DNA of 64,000 nt from an uncultured Candidatus Saccharibacteria bacterium (GCA_964473815.1 CAYYQK010000003.1:23115-87114), one strand, 5' to 3'; shown: positions 17,414 to 27,574, counted from the stretch's first letter. A program made the numbers and translations. Notes: a model not told the origin generated them from the letters alone.

Positions 17414-18643
17414 TTACTTCTGCAACGCTTGTAATCCAGGTAATTCGTTTCCTGCTAAGTACTCTAACATCGCGCCTCCACCAGTGGAGACATGATCAAT
17501 GTTTTCCAGTTGATGCGACTGCCTTATGGCGGCGACTGTTTCACCGCCTCCAGCGCAGGCAAAAGCTGAACGCTTCCCAACTCCACCAATGACCCGAGCC
17601 AAAGACATGGTACCAGCGCGAAATGGTTTCTTTTCAAAATATCCCAATGGCCCATTCCAACAGATGGTTGCTGCTCCTTTTAAAATATTGGCATATTCTA
17701 AAATTGCTTTCGGCCCGATATCACAAATTTTTTCGCTGGATTTAAGCTCATAATTATTGCGCACAATCGCTGTTTCTTTTGGATCACTTGTACTATAGAC
17801 GGCAACATCCTTGGGCAAAACTAATTTGTCTTTGAAGTTTTTCGACAAAGTCCAGGCCAATTGCATGCTTTCTTTTTCAATGACCGATTCTCCAATATTT
17901 AAACCTTGGGCTGCAAAGAAAATATTTGCTAAACCCCCGCCGAGCAAAATTTTATCTGCCTTAGCGCCTAACTTTTCGAGTGTCTTGGCTTTATCAGAAA
18001 TTTTGATCCCACCCATCATCAATACAAACGGCGCTTTAGATTTATGTAAAATGTAATCTAAATTTTTAATCTCTTTTTCTAAAGACGGCCCAACAAAAGA
18101 AGGCATAAATTGAGTGATGGCAACAATGGAGGCGCATTTGCGATGTGTAACTGCAAAAGCATCATCGACATAAACATCGCCCAGTCCTGACAAAATTTTG
18201 GCAAAGTCAGCGTTATTATCTTCTTCACCCGGATAAAAACGCAAGTTCTCAAGTAAGATAATATCTTTCGCCGGTGCTTTTTTTACACTTTCTTGCGCAA
18301 CCGACTTGGTGATATCACTATTCAAAAAAATTAAATGATCAATGGCATAATCTGGAATTTGGCTATCCGTTTCTACAAACTTAATATCTAGCAATTCCGC
18401 AAGGCGCTCTGCCATTGGACGAAGTGACATGCTCGAATCCCACTTCCCTTCGGGGCGCCCGGCATGAGAAAGCAAAACCACTTTAGAGTTATGCTTGCGC
18501 AAAAATTGGATGGTTGGCAAAATACTAACCAAACGAAAATCATCCATTATTTTCCCATGTTCGTCCAATTCCTCGTTCAAATCGACCCGCAACAATACGG
18601 TTTTGTTTGCAATATCTTCAGGTTTTAAGTAATTATAGGCCAT
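17414..18643 (-). CDS. pgk: Phosphoglycerate kinase
   Basis: 409 aa with LLRVDLN...LSHAGRP...GGGA. Confidence 0.9.
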   Translation of the reverse strand: MAYNYLKPEDIANKTVLLRVDLNEELDEHGKIMDDFRLVSILPTIQFLRKHNSKVVLLSHAGRPEGKWDSSMSLRPMAERLAELLDIKFVETDSQIPDYAIDHLIFLNSDITKSVAQESVKKAPAKDIILLENLRFYPGEEDNNADFAKILSGLGDVYVDDAFAVTHRKCASIVAITQFMPSFVGPSLEKEIKNLDYILHKSKAPFVLMMGGIKISDKAKTLEKLGAKADKILLGGGLANIFFAAQGLNIGESVIEKESMQLAWTLSKNFKDKLVLPKDVAVYSTSDPKETAIVRNNYELKSSEKICDIGPKAILEYANILKGAATICWNGPLGYFEKKPFRAGTMSLARVIGGVGKRSAFACAGGGETVAAIRQSHQLENIDHVSTGGGAMLEYLAGNELPGLQALQK

Positions 18644-18709
18644 TTTTTAATACTTTTCTTGACACACTAGAGTTTTTATGGTTTAATGTGTGAGCAAGGA
18701 GGTAAGGGA

Positions 18710-18973
18710 ATGAATTTAGAAACGTGGGAGAACTTGAAAATAGTGCTGCTAGTTTTCCTCTTCGATTTCGCTCTGGCGTCGATAAAAACTTTCATTCGAC
18801 GATGGGTCTGGGTCATTAGCTGTTTAACGCTTTCGGCCATAATGCTTGTTTGCTATCCTTTTGTCAGTGTTAAGGAGCATCCTGACATTTCGACAATGGT
18901 TGTAGTAACAGGACTATTTTGGCTCGTAGCCGCCGGCGGAATGCTCAAGGACCGACTAGATCATCCGATCTAA
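18710..18973 (+). CDS. Small membrane protein (87 aa from MNLETW)
   Basis: AAGGAGG SD before the ATG at 18710. Three hydrophobic helices. Terminator downstream. Confidence 0.45.
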   Translation: MNLETWENLKIVLLVFLFDFALASIKTFIRRWVWVISCLTLSAIMLVCYPFVSVKEHPDISTMVVVTGLFWLVAAGGMLKDRLDHPI

Positions 18974-18982
18974 CTAACCCAA

Positions 18983-19020
18983 AACGGGCAGTGTCTTGTC
19001 GACGCTGCCCCGTTTTTTAT
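18983..19020. terminator. Bidirectional rho-independent terminator (ACGGGCAG...CTGCCCCGT + TTTTTTATTTTTT)
   Basis: Hairpin flanked by AAAA on the left and a T-run on the right. Lies between the convergent small gene and gap. Confidence 0.5.
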
Positions 19021-20051
19021 TTTTTGATACTCTGACCAACTATTAAAGCTTGCTCAATTAACCGATTCGAGTAGCCGAACTCATTATCATACCATGCAAC
19101 CACTTTGATAAAGTTCCCATCCAGCACTTGAGTCAAAGACAAATCAACAATTGAGCTTGCTGGATTACCAACTATGTCCGAAGATACCAGCGGTTCATTG
19201 CTTACGACTAGCTTACCTTTGTACAAAGGATGGCTAGCGGCTTCTATAAATGCCTGATTAATTTCTTCAACTGTTGTGTTCTTTTTCAAAACTGCTGTGA
19301 AGTCGCACAGACTTCCAACTGGTGTTGGAACGCGAAACGACATCGCATTAAATAACCCTTTCAGTTCAGGAATAACTTCTGTAGTAGAAATTCCGGCGCC
19401 GCTCGTGGTCGGGATAATGTTCACTGCTGCAGCCCGCGCGCGGCGAAGATCATTACTCTTCCCTCCTGGTGGAGGACCATCAACTAGATTCTGTTCAGCA
19501 GTGTAGCTATGAATCGTACTCATCATTATTTTTTCAATACCGAATTTAGCATGCAAAACCGCCGCTACTGGCGCTGTGCAATTAGTAGTACATGAAGCAT
19601 TGCTGAGCACGGCTTCATCTTTGTAATCATGCTCATTAACACCCAGCAAAAAAGTTTTGGTAATTCCTTCATCTTTAGCTGGCGCAGAAATAATTACTCG
19701 CCTAGCGCCGGCCTGCAAATGAGCTGACGCTGCTTCACTGGTCAAAAATCTGCCAGTGCATTCCAAAACCACATCTACATCCAGTTTACCCCACGGCAAA
19801 TTGGCTGGTTCTTTTTCCGCAGTAATAGCATACTTTCTACCATCAACAATTACTGCGGTCTCACTATGAGTAACTTCATGGTTAAAACGCCCATAATTGC
19901 TGTCATATTTAAGCAGATGAGCTAATACTTCAGGGCTGGTTAAGTCATTGATTCCAACAATTTCAATGTCAGGCATATCCATAGCGAGCTTAAACGCCTG
20001 GCGGCCAATTCGGCCAAAGCCGTTGATTCCTACTTTAACAGGTTGAGGCAT
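19017..20051 (-). CDS. gap: Glyceraldehyde-3-phosphate dehydrogenase
   Basis: VGINGFGRIGR...SCTTNC... Confidence 0.9.
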   Translation of the reverse strand: MPQPVKVGINGFGRIGRQAFKLAMDMPDIEIVGINDLTSPEVLAHLLKYDSNYGRFNHEVTHSETAVIVDGRKYAITAEKEPANLPWGKLDVDVVLECTGRFLTSEAASAHLQAGARRVIISAPAKDEGITKTFLLGVNEHDYKDEAVLSNASCTTNCTAPVAAVLHAKFGIEKIMMSTIHSYTAEQNLVDGPPPGGKSNDLRRARAAAVNIIPTTSGAGISTTEVIPELKGLFNAMSFRVPTPVGSLCDFTAVLKKNTTVEEINQAFIEAASHPLYKGKLVVSNEPLVSSDIVGNPASSIVDLSLTQVLDGNFIKVVAWYDNEFGYSNRLIEQALIVGQSIKK

Positions 20052-20105
20052 AATTTTATTTTTCTTTTAATTTCTCTTTATAAAAACTTTATCTGTAACA
20101 AAAAA

Positions 20106-20348
20106 TTAGCGCACCGAAGGCGAGGTATCCTGTACTTCAATCTGATAATTATCAGAGCTTAAATTCCCTTTTGTGATAACAGAGTGGTGGTGGTGCTGCG
20201 GTAGGCCATCAATATACTCTTCGCCGGCCAGGGTTTTTTCACGCCAAAATAGGACAACTCCCATTGAGAGAATGCCCATAAAAGCGATTACCAGGAACCT
20301 CAAACGGGCGTTGGCACCTAGCTTTACTTTTGAATCAATAAAAGCCAT
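20106..20348 (-). CDS. Small membrane protein (80 aa) with an HHHH run
   Basis: One TM (LRFLVIAFMGILSMGVVLFW). Fills the fba-gap intergenic space. Confidence 0.4.
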   Translation of the reverse strand: MAFIDSKVKLGANARLRFLVIAFMGILSMGVVLFWREKTLAGEEYIDGLPQHHHHSVITKGNLSSDNYQIEVQDTSPSVR

Positions 20349-20355
20349 ATATCTA

Positions 20356-21234
20356 TTATACTATATTTTGAGTTTTAAAGGCTTTTAGTTTTTTCATCGC
20401 TGCGTCTTTAACGCCTTCCATGGCAGGCTTGGAATATTTACGAATATCGATTTCATCGGGATGAGAAGCCAAAGCCACTCGCAAATTACTAGTATAACCC
20501 ATGCGTAATTCAGTATCGATATTAATAATAGCGATCCCGGCCTTGATAGCCTCGGCAATCACATCATCTGGCACACCACTAGCTCCATGCAAAACCATAG
20601 GCACATTTACCAAATCGTGAATTTCTTTGATTCTCTCTACGTCTACATGCGCCTTAGCCTTACCATTCATTTTAATGATGCCATGGATTGTGCCAACAGA
20701 AGCGGCTAATGTATTTACACCAGTAGCATCAAAAAACTTTTTTGCTTCGCTTGGTTCGGTCAGTAAAGTATCGGCATCGGACACAGAAACCCAGTCTTCC
20801 TGACCGCGAATTTTTCCTATTTCCCCTTGCACCCACGCACCTTCTTGCCTGGCAAATTCAACCATTTCTTTGGTATCATGAACGTTTTCATCAAAGCTTA
20901 AGCCGCTATGATCAATCATCACTGAGGAATAACCAAGTTCAATGCCGCGCTTGAGTTGATCCATATCTTTACCATGATCCATATGCAAAGCAATTGGCAC
21001 CTTCGCCCTATTAGCTATTGTGGCCATGATTTCAAAAATCGTATCTAGGCCGGCATAAGAAATGGCGCCTTCGCTGGTTTCCAAAATTACCGGGGCGTTC
21101 ATTTCTTCGGCAGCAGCGATGATTCCTAAAGTCATTTCCAAATTAACCGTATTAAAAGCCGGATATGCAAACTTCCCTACTACGTCTTTTCCTTGCGGAT
21201 CATTTTTAAATAATTCTTTGATGTGTACAAGCAT
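20356..21234 (-). CDS. fba: Class II fructose-bisphosphate aldolase
   Basis: AFN...HMDHG...VMIDHS...HGASG metal-binding motifs. Confidence 0.9.
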   Translation of the reverse strand: MLVHIKELFKNDPQGKDVVGKFAYPAFNTVNLEMTLGIIAAAEEMNAPVILETSEGAISYAGLDTIFEIMATIANRAKVPIALHMDHGKDMDQLKRGIELGYSSVMIDHSGLSFDENVHDTKEMVEFARQEGAWVQGEIGKIRGQEDWVSVSDADTLLTEPSEAKKFFDATGVNTLAASVGTIHGIIKMNGKAKAHVDVERIKEIHDLVNVPMVLHGASGVPDDVIAEAIKAGIAIINIDTELRMGYTSNLRVALASHPDEIDIRKYSKPAMEGVKDAAMKKLKAFKTQNIV

Positions 21235-21255
21235 TCAATTTTTTGAGTTTCGTTT

Positions 21256-22314
21256 TTACACTTTCATTTTGCCAATTTTCGCAGCCAATTGTGATTTCAC
21301 TTTTTCTGTATCTAACAATAAAGCCTGATGGCTCTTCTTCATTGCCAAAGCGCGCAAAATTTGGGGTTTAGTTTGCAAGCCAGCTTGCGGGCCGATATCC
21401 ATAACCACATAACCTGCGTTAACCGTCCCCCACTTTAATGCTTCGGTGTGAGGCAAGCCGTAATTCAATGCACTGAGATAGCCGGTGGTAAAGGCATCTC
21501 CAGCACCGGTTGCTTCAATGCGAACCAAGCCAGGATATTCTGCAATATAAAAGTAGCCGTCTGAGCTATAACTGTAAGCGCCCTTGCGGCCATCAGTTAA
21601 AACAACGACTTTTGGTCCTAATTTGGCCAGTCGTTTACACAATTCCTCAGGATCTTCATAATCGCCGACCCAAAGCTGTGCTTCCTCTTTGTTTACAGAC
21701 AAAACTTCTGTTCGATCTAAAATCAATTTGTTAAACTTTGGGCCTTTGCGTAACTGAAAAGTTCCCGGATTGAATGCAAGCTTTGCGCCAGTTTCGTCAA
21801 TATATTTTGCTAAATCTTTGTAAATTTTTTCAAAGCCATTAGCCATGCTGGTTAAATATACCCATTTACTTGGTGCAAACTTTGGTAATTTGTAAGACCG
21901 ATGTTCATGATATACAAAAATGGTGCGCTCACCTTTAAAGTTCAAGACTGTAGAAGCATTGGTAGAATGTTTTTTATCGATGATTAAATAGTCATCTAAC
22001 ACTTTTTCTTTGCGCATTTTATGACTAATTTCTCGTCCACCAGAATCTGCACCAACAATAGCATAATAAGCAGTTTTTAAACCAAGTCGGCTGGAACCCA
22101 CTGCGTTGTTTGCTGCATTCCCAGCGACAGTGCGATGAAATTCATCTACAGGTAATTTGTCGCCCCAATTAATGATCGCCTTCAGCACTCCCTTCATGCG
22201 CTTGATCTCTATGTCATGAATTAATAAAAAAGTATCAATGGTTGGGTCGCCAATGGAGATCATGTCGAATTTAAATCGCGATTTTGCTTTCTTCATACTT
22301 TCAATTTTAAACAT
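21256..22314 (-). CDS. PfkB/ribokinase-family carbohydrate kinase (candidate non-canonical phosphofructokinase or sugar/nucleoside kinase)
   Basis: 352 aa with GGREI...GAGDAF (the anion-hole motif of ribokinase-like kinases). Sits in the glycolytic cluster next to fba. Confidence 0.75.
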   Translation of the reverse strand: MFKIESMKKAKSRFKFDMISIGDPTIDTFLLIHDIEIKRMKGVLKAIINWGDKLPVDEFHRTVAGNAANNAVGSSRLGLKTAYYAIVGADSGGREISHKMRKEKVLDDYLIIDKKHSTNASTVLNFKGERTIFVYHEHRSYKLPKFAPSKWVYLTSMANGFEKIYKDLAKYIDETGAKLAFNPGTFQLRKGPKFNKLILDRTEVLSVNKEEAQLWVGDYEDPEELCKRLAKLGPKVVVLTDGRKGAYSYSSDGYFYIAEYPGLVRIEATGAGDAFTTGYLSALNYGLPHTEALKWGTVNAGYVVMDIGPQAGLQTKPQILRALAMKKSHQALLLDTEKVKSQLAAKIGKMKV

Positions 22315-22317
22315 TTC

Positions 22318-22821
22318 TTAATAAGAACAAACTGGTACGGCTGGGAAAAATGTGGCAGCGCTGGCACCTGGTGAGATCCTTTTACAATAGGCTATATTCT
22401 CAAAAAATATTTCAATACCATAACTGGTTGGGGTCGTACCATTCGGTGAATACTGAAGCTGATAAGTACAACTGGCAGCGCCGCCAGAAGGACAAGATGG
22501 ATCCTGCGGGATTGAAGTTATATATGGCGTACCCCCTGCCGGGATCAATGCATTTATTAAATCAGTTTTATTTGAAAAAAAGTCATAAGCCAGACCGGAA
22601 GTCATAGGAGGATAATAGCCTTTATCCTGATAATACAAATTCATGGCTTTTTCAAAGGTAGCCATGTCTGCCATCCGGCGAGCGTCGCGACCCTTTTTAC
22701 GAGCCGTAGTGACAGCATAAGTAATTACAGACGCCAAAAGCGCGATGATCGTAATAACCACCAATAATTCAATTAACGTAAATCCTTTTTGTTTTAATTT
22801 ATTTTTTTCGTGCGATAACAT
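22318..22821 (-). CDS. Type IV pilin / pseudopilin-like protein
   Basis: Class III signal KGFTLIELLVVITIIALLASV. Cys-containing C-terminal region. Confidence 0.7.
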   Translation of the reverse strand: MLSHEKNKLKQKGFTLIELLVVITIIALLASVITYAVTTARKKGRDARRMADMATFEKAMNLYYQDKGYYPPMTSGLAYDFFSNKTDLINALIPAGGTPYITSIPQDPSCPSGGAASCTYQLQYSPNGTTPTSYGIEIFFENIAYCKRISPGASAATFFPAVPVCSY

Positions 22822-23785
22822 TTTTAATTGCCAGTTTTATTGAATCTTTATCCATACCAAATTTTTTGATCAGCTCCTCAGGTTGTCCACTTTCCCCAAA
22901 GCTATCTTGGACGCCAACCGTTTCTACCGGAATCGGATAATTTTTAGCCAAAGCTTCAATTATTGCACTACCAACCCCGCCCATCACTTGGTGCTCTTCT
23001 ACTGTAACTATAGCATTTGTCAGTTTAGCTGCCCAGGTAATTGTTTCTGTGTCTATCGGTTTAATTGTGTGACAATTTACTATTAACACACTAATTCCCT
23101 CTTTTTCCAATTCTTGAGCTGCGAGAAGTGCATTATATAGTACCGAACCAGCGCCGATCACAGCGACATCTTTACCTTCTCGGAAAATCGTTGCTTTACC
23201 AATACTAAAGGGGGTTTCTTCTGTTGTCATCACCGGTGTTTTCTCCCGTCCAAGCCTGATGTATGCCGGTCCGGCAGAAGTTCCCAAAGCAATTGTCGCT
23301 TTTTTTGCCTCGACAGAATCTGCGGGCAATACTACGGTCATGTTTGGTAACACCCGAGTTAAGGCAACATCTTCTAATGCCTGATGAGTTGCTCCGTCTG
23401 GCCCGACCGAAACTCCGGTATGATGCCCGGCCACTTTTACATTAGCTTGTGAGTAAGCGACTGATACACGGAGCTGATCCCAATTACGGCCAGGACTAAA
23501 TGTCGCGTAACTAGATACAAAAGGAGTTTTGCCTGTAAGGGCTAGGCCAGCGGCCACACCCATCATGTTTTGTTCTGCGACCCCACATTCTATAAATCGG
23601 TCTGGATATTTTTTAGCAAACTCTAACACGCGCGTGCTTTCGGCCAAATCTGCTGTTAAAGCCACAATATTTTTATCATGCTCAGCCAAATACAAAAGCC
23701 CTTCACCAAAACCATTTCGGCTGGGAACTTGCTCTATATCTGGCGAGCCAATTTTCGAATTTAATTTTGCCTGCGCATTTAACAT
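22799..23785 (-). CDS. tkt: Transketolase, C-terminal (pyrimidine-binding + C-terminal domain) subunit
   Basis: 328 aa with GFGEGL...EQNMMGVAAGLA...GPDGATHQ. Confidence 0.85.
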   Translation of the reverse strand: MLNAQAKLNSKIGSPDIEQVPSRNGFGEGLLYLAEHDKNIVALTADLAESTRVLEFAKKYPDRFIECGVAEQNMMGVAAGLALTGKTPFVSSYATFSPGRNWDQLRVSVAYSQANVKVAGHHTGVSVGPDGATHQALEDVALTRVLPNMTVVLPADSVEAKKATIALGTSAGPAYIRLGREKTPVMTTEETPFSIGKATIFREGKDVAVIGAGSVLYNALLAAQELEKEGISVLIVNCHTIKPIDTETITWAAKLTNAIVTVEEHQVMGGVGSAIIEALAKNYPIPVETVGVQDSFGESGQPEELIKKFGMDKDSIKLAIKNVIARKK

Positions 23786-23791
23786 TATGAA

Positions 23792-25564
23792 TTATTGCAA
23801 ATACTCTTTAATCTTCTCTTTGTTGTGTTGATAAGCAAATGACACTATCAACAAAATTACGCCGAGGCTGATGAAGGAAACAATTCGGTATGCCATTTCC
23901 AACGCTGCGACATCATACAAGAACACTTTCACAATCACTAAACCAAACAGCAACAGCGACACTTTTCGTAATGGCCTGAAAGCCGCTTTGATAGACCCAA
24001 CGATCAAAATTACTGCCCAGATCAACCACCATAAACTGATTAACAAATTTCTTTCGTTGCCTGATGCATCAAAATTGTAGAAATTGATAATATCCCAAGT
24101 GACTAAAAACCAAACAAGTCCGGAAATTAAATACAATAGCATTCGGTGTACGCCTTTTTCAAATTCAGTCAGCTGGTCTTCTTTAAACAAAACGTAGGCA
24201 AAACCGAGAGCCAACACCCCAAGCATTTCCAACCCAAATTTCACACTTAGGATTAACGCGTCAATTTTCTCATACGGATAGGCAATTGCCAGCATAATGC
24301 CAAACAGAACTATGCACAAACCCCAAACTCGCAGCTCAGCGCGATGTCTGAAAGCGCCAATAATAATACCAAGCAATCCTAAGGCGTATACAACTATGGT
24401 TTGCGTATTCCCGGTAAATTGCCACATCAATGCTACCACAAACATTAAAGCCCCGACAAAAGATAATAAATAGTTTATTACCTTATTTTCAATTCGATCA
24501 ATATACGCATAAATTAGATAGGTCCACAGGCCGGTCAGAGTTACAATCAAAATTGAATAGTCTTCGAATTGTGATCGGGCAATCATTAAGGCAGGCATTG
24601 CAAAGATGACATAAGGAACAAATAACAATAAGGCAAATTCTTTCTTGGCTTCTTCCGTTAAGGTTTCTTTTGAGCCATTCATTAGGTATGACAAAAACAA
24701 AGTGGTCGATGCAAGCTGCGCAAAGAAAAATACTAGATAATATCCATAAAAGTGTCCAATTACTGGTCCCACTGCATAACCCCAAATCATGTTCACAACA
24801 ATTCCCACAAATTGGATCACAAAATACACATTATTCTTTGAGTGCCACACCATGGCAAACAATCCAACTGTCAAAATGCCAAGATAAATTAGGAAGATCA
24901 CCAGTGACTGAGAAGAAAGGGAAAGAATTAATGGAGTTAAAAACGCTCCGCTCCAGGCAATGGCTGAGAGTGCCATTGATTTATTTTTTTCCGCCAGCAC
25001 TAATGTTATCAGGGTAATCAGTGCCATGATAACCAATCCAAAATAAATATCTACCAAACCATACATTTGGACAGCTGCATAAATGGTGATATACCAAATC
25101 GCCAAACCACCACCCGCTAAAGCAATAGCGTACTTTTCGTATTTATCTTTCCAATATGTGTAAAGGACAATTAACAAAGTTCCTATGGCGCCACCAATTA
25201 TCAAGCGCATCCAAATTCCAATCCAACCTTGGTCGATCGCGTACTTTAGGAAAAACCCAATACCAAACAACAAGGCAACAACGCCAACTTTCGGTAGATA
25301 ATCAATGAAAGTTTTAGCTTCGCCTGGTGGTGTAGGCCGCTGAGGAATGCTAGCAGTAGTCTTCGCAGGTGTGTTTTTAACCGGCTCGATAGACTGAAAG
25401 GCTGGCGTCTTTTTTTGATCCGCTGCAGCCATAGGCATAGACTTACCGTTGGTGCCTGGAATATTTTTCGACGCTAAAAATGTTTCAATCTTACTCACCC
25501 TTGAACTAAGGTAAATAACATAGAAGACCAGTCCGATGACAATTAAAATTGATAAAAAGTCCAT
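23792..25564 (-). CDS. Large polytopic membrane protein (DUF2339-like), inserted between the two transketolase halves
   Basis: 590 aa. N-terminal helix, Pro/Thr-rich linker, then about 14 TM helices. Confidence 0.6.
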   Translation of the reverse strand: MDFLSILIVIGLVFYVIYLSSRVSKIETFLASKNIPGTNGKSMPMAAADQKKTPAFQSIEPVKNTPAKTTASIPQRPTPPGEAKTFIDYLPKVGVVALLFGIGFFLKYAIDQGWIGIWMRLIIGGAIGTLLIVLYTYWKDKYEKYAIALAGGGLAIWYITIYAAVQMYGLVDIYFGLVIMALITLITLVLAEKNKSMALSAIAWSGAFLTPLILSLSSQSLVIFLIYLGILTVGLFAMVWHSKNNVYFVIQFVGIVVNMIWGYAVGPVIGHFYGYYLVFFFAQLASTTLFLSYLMNGSKETLTEEAKKEFALLLFVPYVIFAMPALMIARSQFEDYSILIVTLTGLWTYLIYAYIDRIENKVINYLLSFVGALMFVVALMWQFTGNTQTIVVYALGLLGIIIGAFRHRAELRVWGLCIVLFGIMLAIAYPYEKIDALILSVKFGLEMLGVLALGFAYVLFKEDQLTEFEKGVHRMLLYLISGLVWFLVTWDIINFYNFDASGNERNLLISLWWLIWAVILIVGSIKAAFRPLRKVSLLLFGLVIVKVFLYDVAALEMAYRIVSFISLGVILLIVSFAYQHNKEKIKEYLQ

Positions 25565-25596
25565 GGTTTTTTGTTTAGTTTATTTTTGTTTGATAA

Positions 25597-26523
25597 TTAT
25601 TCATGTTCGCTTTTGATTTTGCCGCCGAGTGTGCGGAGTTCTTTTAAGGCCACTTCGGCCTGATGACCTTTTGGAGGTGCGCCAGGAATTTCCGCGATGT
25701 CAGGCGGTGTCCCATGCCATTCGTAACGTCCTTCCATGAAATCAACACCTTTACCTGGGATTGTATGGGCAATAATGACGGTTGGTTTTTCGTAAATTGC
25801 TTCGGCTTCAGCATAGGCATTAATTATGGCTTGCATATTGTGGCCGTCGATTTCTAAAACATGCCAGCCAAACGCTTCGTACTTAGCCCGCAAATTTTCT
25901 AGCGGCATAACATTTTCGGTAAAGCCATCAATTTGAATATTGTTTCGGTCAAGAATTGCTGTAATGTTATGTAGTTTTTCTTTCCCAGCCAGCATCACTG
26001 CTTCCCAAATTTGACCTTCATCTTGTTCGCCGTCGGACATGACTAAAAACACGCGACTTTTCAGTGCGTCCATGCGAAGTGCCAAAGCAATACCCACAGC
26101 TTGCGAAGCACCCTGCGCCAACGGCCCACTGCTCGTTTCAATGCCTGGCAATGCCAAATTATGTGGATGGCCATGCAAGCGCGTGCCAAATTTACGCAAA
26201 GTTTTTAATTCAGCCTTTGGAAAATATCCCGCTTCGGCCAAGGTTGCATATAGCACCGGGCACGTGTGTCCACAAGACAGCACCAACCGATCGCGCGTTG
26301 TCCAATCCGGATGCTGCGGATCATGCTTCATCACTTTAAAATATAGCGCTGTAAAAATGTCTGCTAAATCTAAAGGCCCGGCACTGTGTCCAGAACCGGC
26401 TTCAACAAGCATCTCAATAATATCTTGCCGAATGTCGTTGGCCTTATATTGTAATTCCTGCAGATTCAATTTGTTGGAAATTTTGTTTGATATTTTCTGT
26501 TTCGTATAGCGCAGAACCGACAA
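25597..26523 (-). CDS. tkt: Transketolase, N-terminal (TPP-binding) subunit
   Basis: GSGHSAGPLD...SCGH...GHPH...SDGEQDEG. The ORF's first 80 nt overlap the rpe 3' end, so the true start may be further downstream. Confidence 0.85.
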   Translation of the reverse strand: MSVLRYTKQKISNKISNKLNLQELQYKANDIRQDIIEMLVEAGSGHSAGPLDLADIFTALYFKVMKHDPQHPDWTTRDRLVLSCGHTCPVLYATLAEAGYFPKAELKTLRKFGTRLHGHPHNLALPGIETSSGPLAQGASQAVGIALALRMDALKSRVFLVMSDGEQDEGQIWEAVMLAGKEKLHNITAILDRNNIQIDGFTENVMPLENLRAKYEAFGWHVLEIDGHNMQAIINAYAEAEAIYEKPTVIIAHTIPGKGVDFMEGRYEWHGTPPDIAEIPGAPPKGHQAEVALKELRTLGGKIKSEHE

Positions 26524-27100
26524 CTAAATAATTAGCGCCAGCATCAATGAGAGCCTTAGCATTGCTTGCTTTGACCCCGCCATCTACTTCAATTATAGCA
26601 TTTGGGGCTATATTTCTCAAAAATCTCACCCGTTCGATGCTCTGGATAATAAAAGCATTCCCTTGCATACCGGGTTCAACCGACATGACTGTAAATTGTT
26701 TGATGTTGTCAGCAAAATATCTCAACACGGATACTTGGGTTTGGGGATTAATGGCAACACTCGCTGTCATTCCAAGTTTTGTAATTGTTTCCAAGGCTTC
26801 TTCTAATTGTGTTTCGTTTTCAAAAGATTCGTAGTGCACAACAATCGTTTCGAACCCAGCGGTTTTATAGTCGGCAAAGTTAGTTGGTTTGATAACCATC
26901 AAGTGTGCTTCCCAATGGTATTTTTTGGGCAAATCACCCACTAAAGCAAATTCATGAATTGACATAGTTTCGTTTTGGACAAATAGCCCATCAGCAAAAT
27001 CGACCTGGATAGTTTTCACTTTTTTACCCAGAGTCGCAATTTGGGCTATTTTTTCCGCAAAACCATGCGGTGTTTTTTCTAGTATCGCAGGGATGATCAT
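26444..27100 (-). CDS. rpe: Ribulose-phosphate 3-epimerase
   Basis: MIIPAIL...VDFADG...HLMV...VMSVEPG...EVDGG. The ORF extends to 27172, but the ATG at 27100 overlaps the rpiB stop (ATGA). Confidence 0.85.
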   Translation of the reverse strand: MIIPAILEKTPHGFAEKIAQIATLGKKVKTIQVDFADGLFVQNETMSIHEFALVGDLPKKYHWEAHLMVIKPTNFADYKTAGFETIVVHYESFENETQLEEALETITKLGMTASVAINPQTQVSVLRYFADNIKQFTVMSVEPGMQGNAFIIQSIERVRFLRNIAPNAIIEVDGGVKASNAKALIDAGANYLVVGSALYETENIKQNFQQIESAGITI

Positions 27101-27540
27101 TTTTCCAATGTCGTAATCTTTTTTATTCTTCGTACGTGCCTCGCATCGGTTGAATACGGCGTGGACAACCAAACTTTTACAATCTTCTCAGCATCTTTTT
27201 GGGAAATATAATCGCTAGGCAGGCACAACACATTAGTCATGTCATCATTGCGGGACATCTGGGCTTCTTTTTCATTCCAAACTAAAGCAGCGCGAACATG
27301 AGGAAATTTGTTCGCGACTATACAGACGCCCTGACCACTGCGGCATATCAGAATACCCAAATTTTGCATCGGGTTTTGTGACACCTTCTTACCTACGATT
27401 TTTGCGTAATCAGGGTAGTCATCCCCTGCCTTGATTTTTTTTGCTCCGACATCCACAAAATCAAATTTATATTTCAGCAAAAACTTCTTTAACTGTTCTT
27501 TCATTTTGTAGCCGCCGTGGTCAGCGCCAATGTATATCAT
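27097..27540 (-). CDS. rpiB: Ribose-5-phosphate isomerase B
   Basis: MIYIGADHGG...CRSGQG (RpiB/LacAB fold). Confidence 0.85.
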   Translation of the reverse strand: MIYIGADHGGYKMKEQLKKFLLKYKFDFVDVGAKKIKAGDDYPDYAKIVGKKVSQNPMQNLGILICRSGQGVCIVANKFPHVRAALVWNEKEAQMSRNDDMTNVLCLPSDYISQKDAEKIVKVWLSTPYSTDARHVRRIKKITTLEK

Positions 27541-27574
27541 ATAATTTGAAAATTAAATTTAGATTAAACTGATC

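Noticed and set aside
20350-20365. TAGTATAAT-like -10 just upstream of the 80-aa ORF
   Set aside because: It lies inside the fba coding 3' end, only about 5-13 nt from the ORF start. This is too close to act as its promoter.
27100-27172. Long 5' extension of rpe overlapping rpiB
   Set aside because: Rpe homology begins at MIIPAIL. The ATG at 27100 forms the typical ATGA overlap with the rpiB stop.
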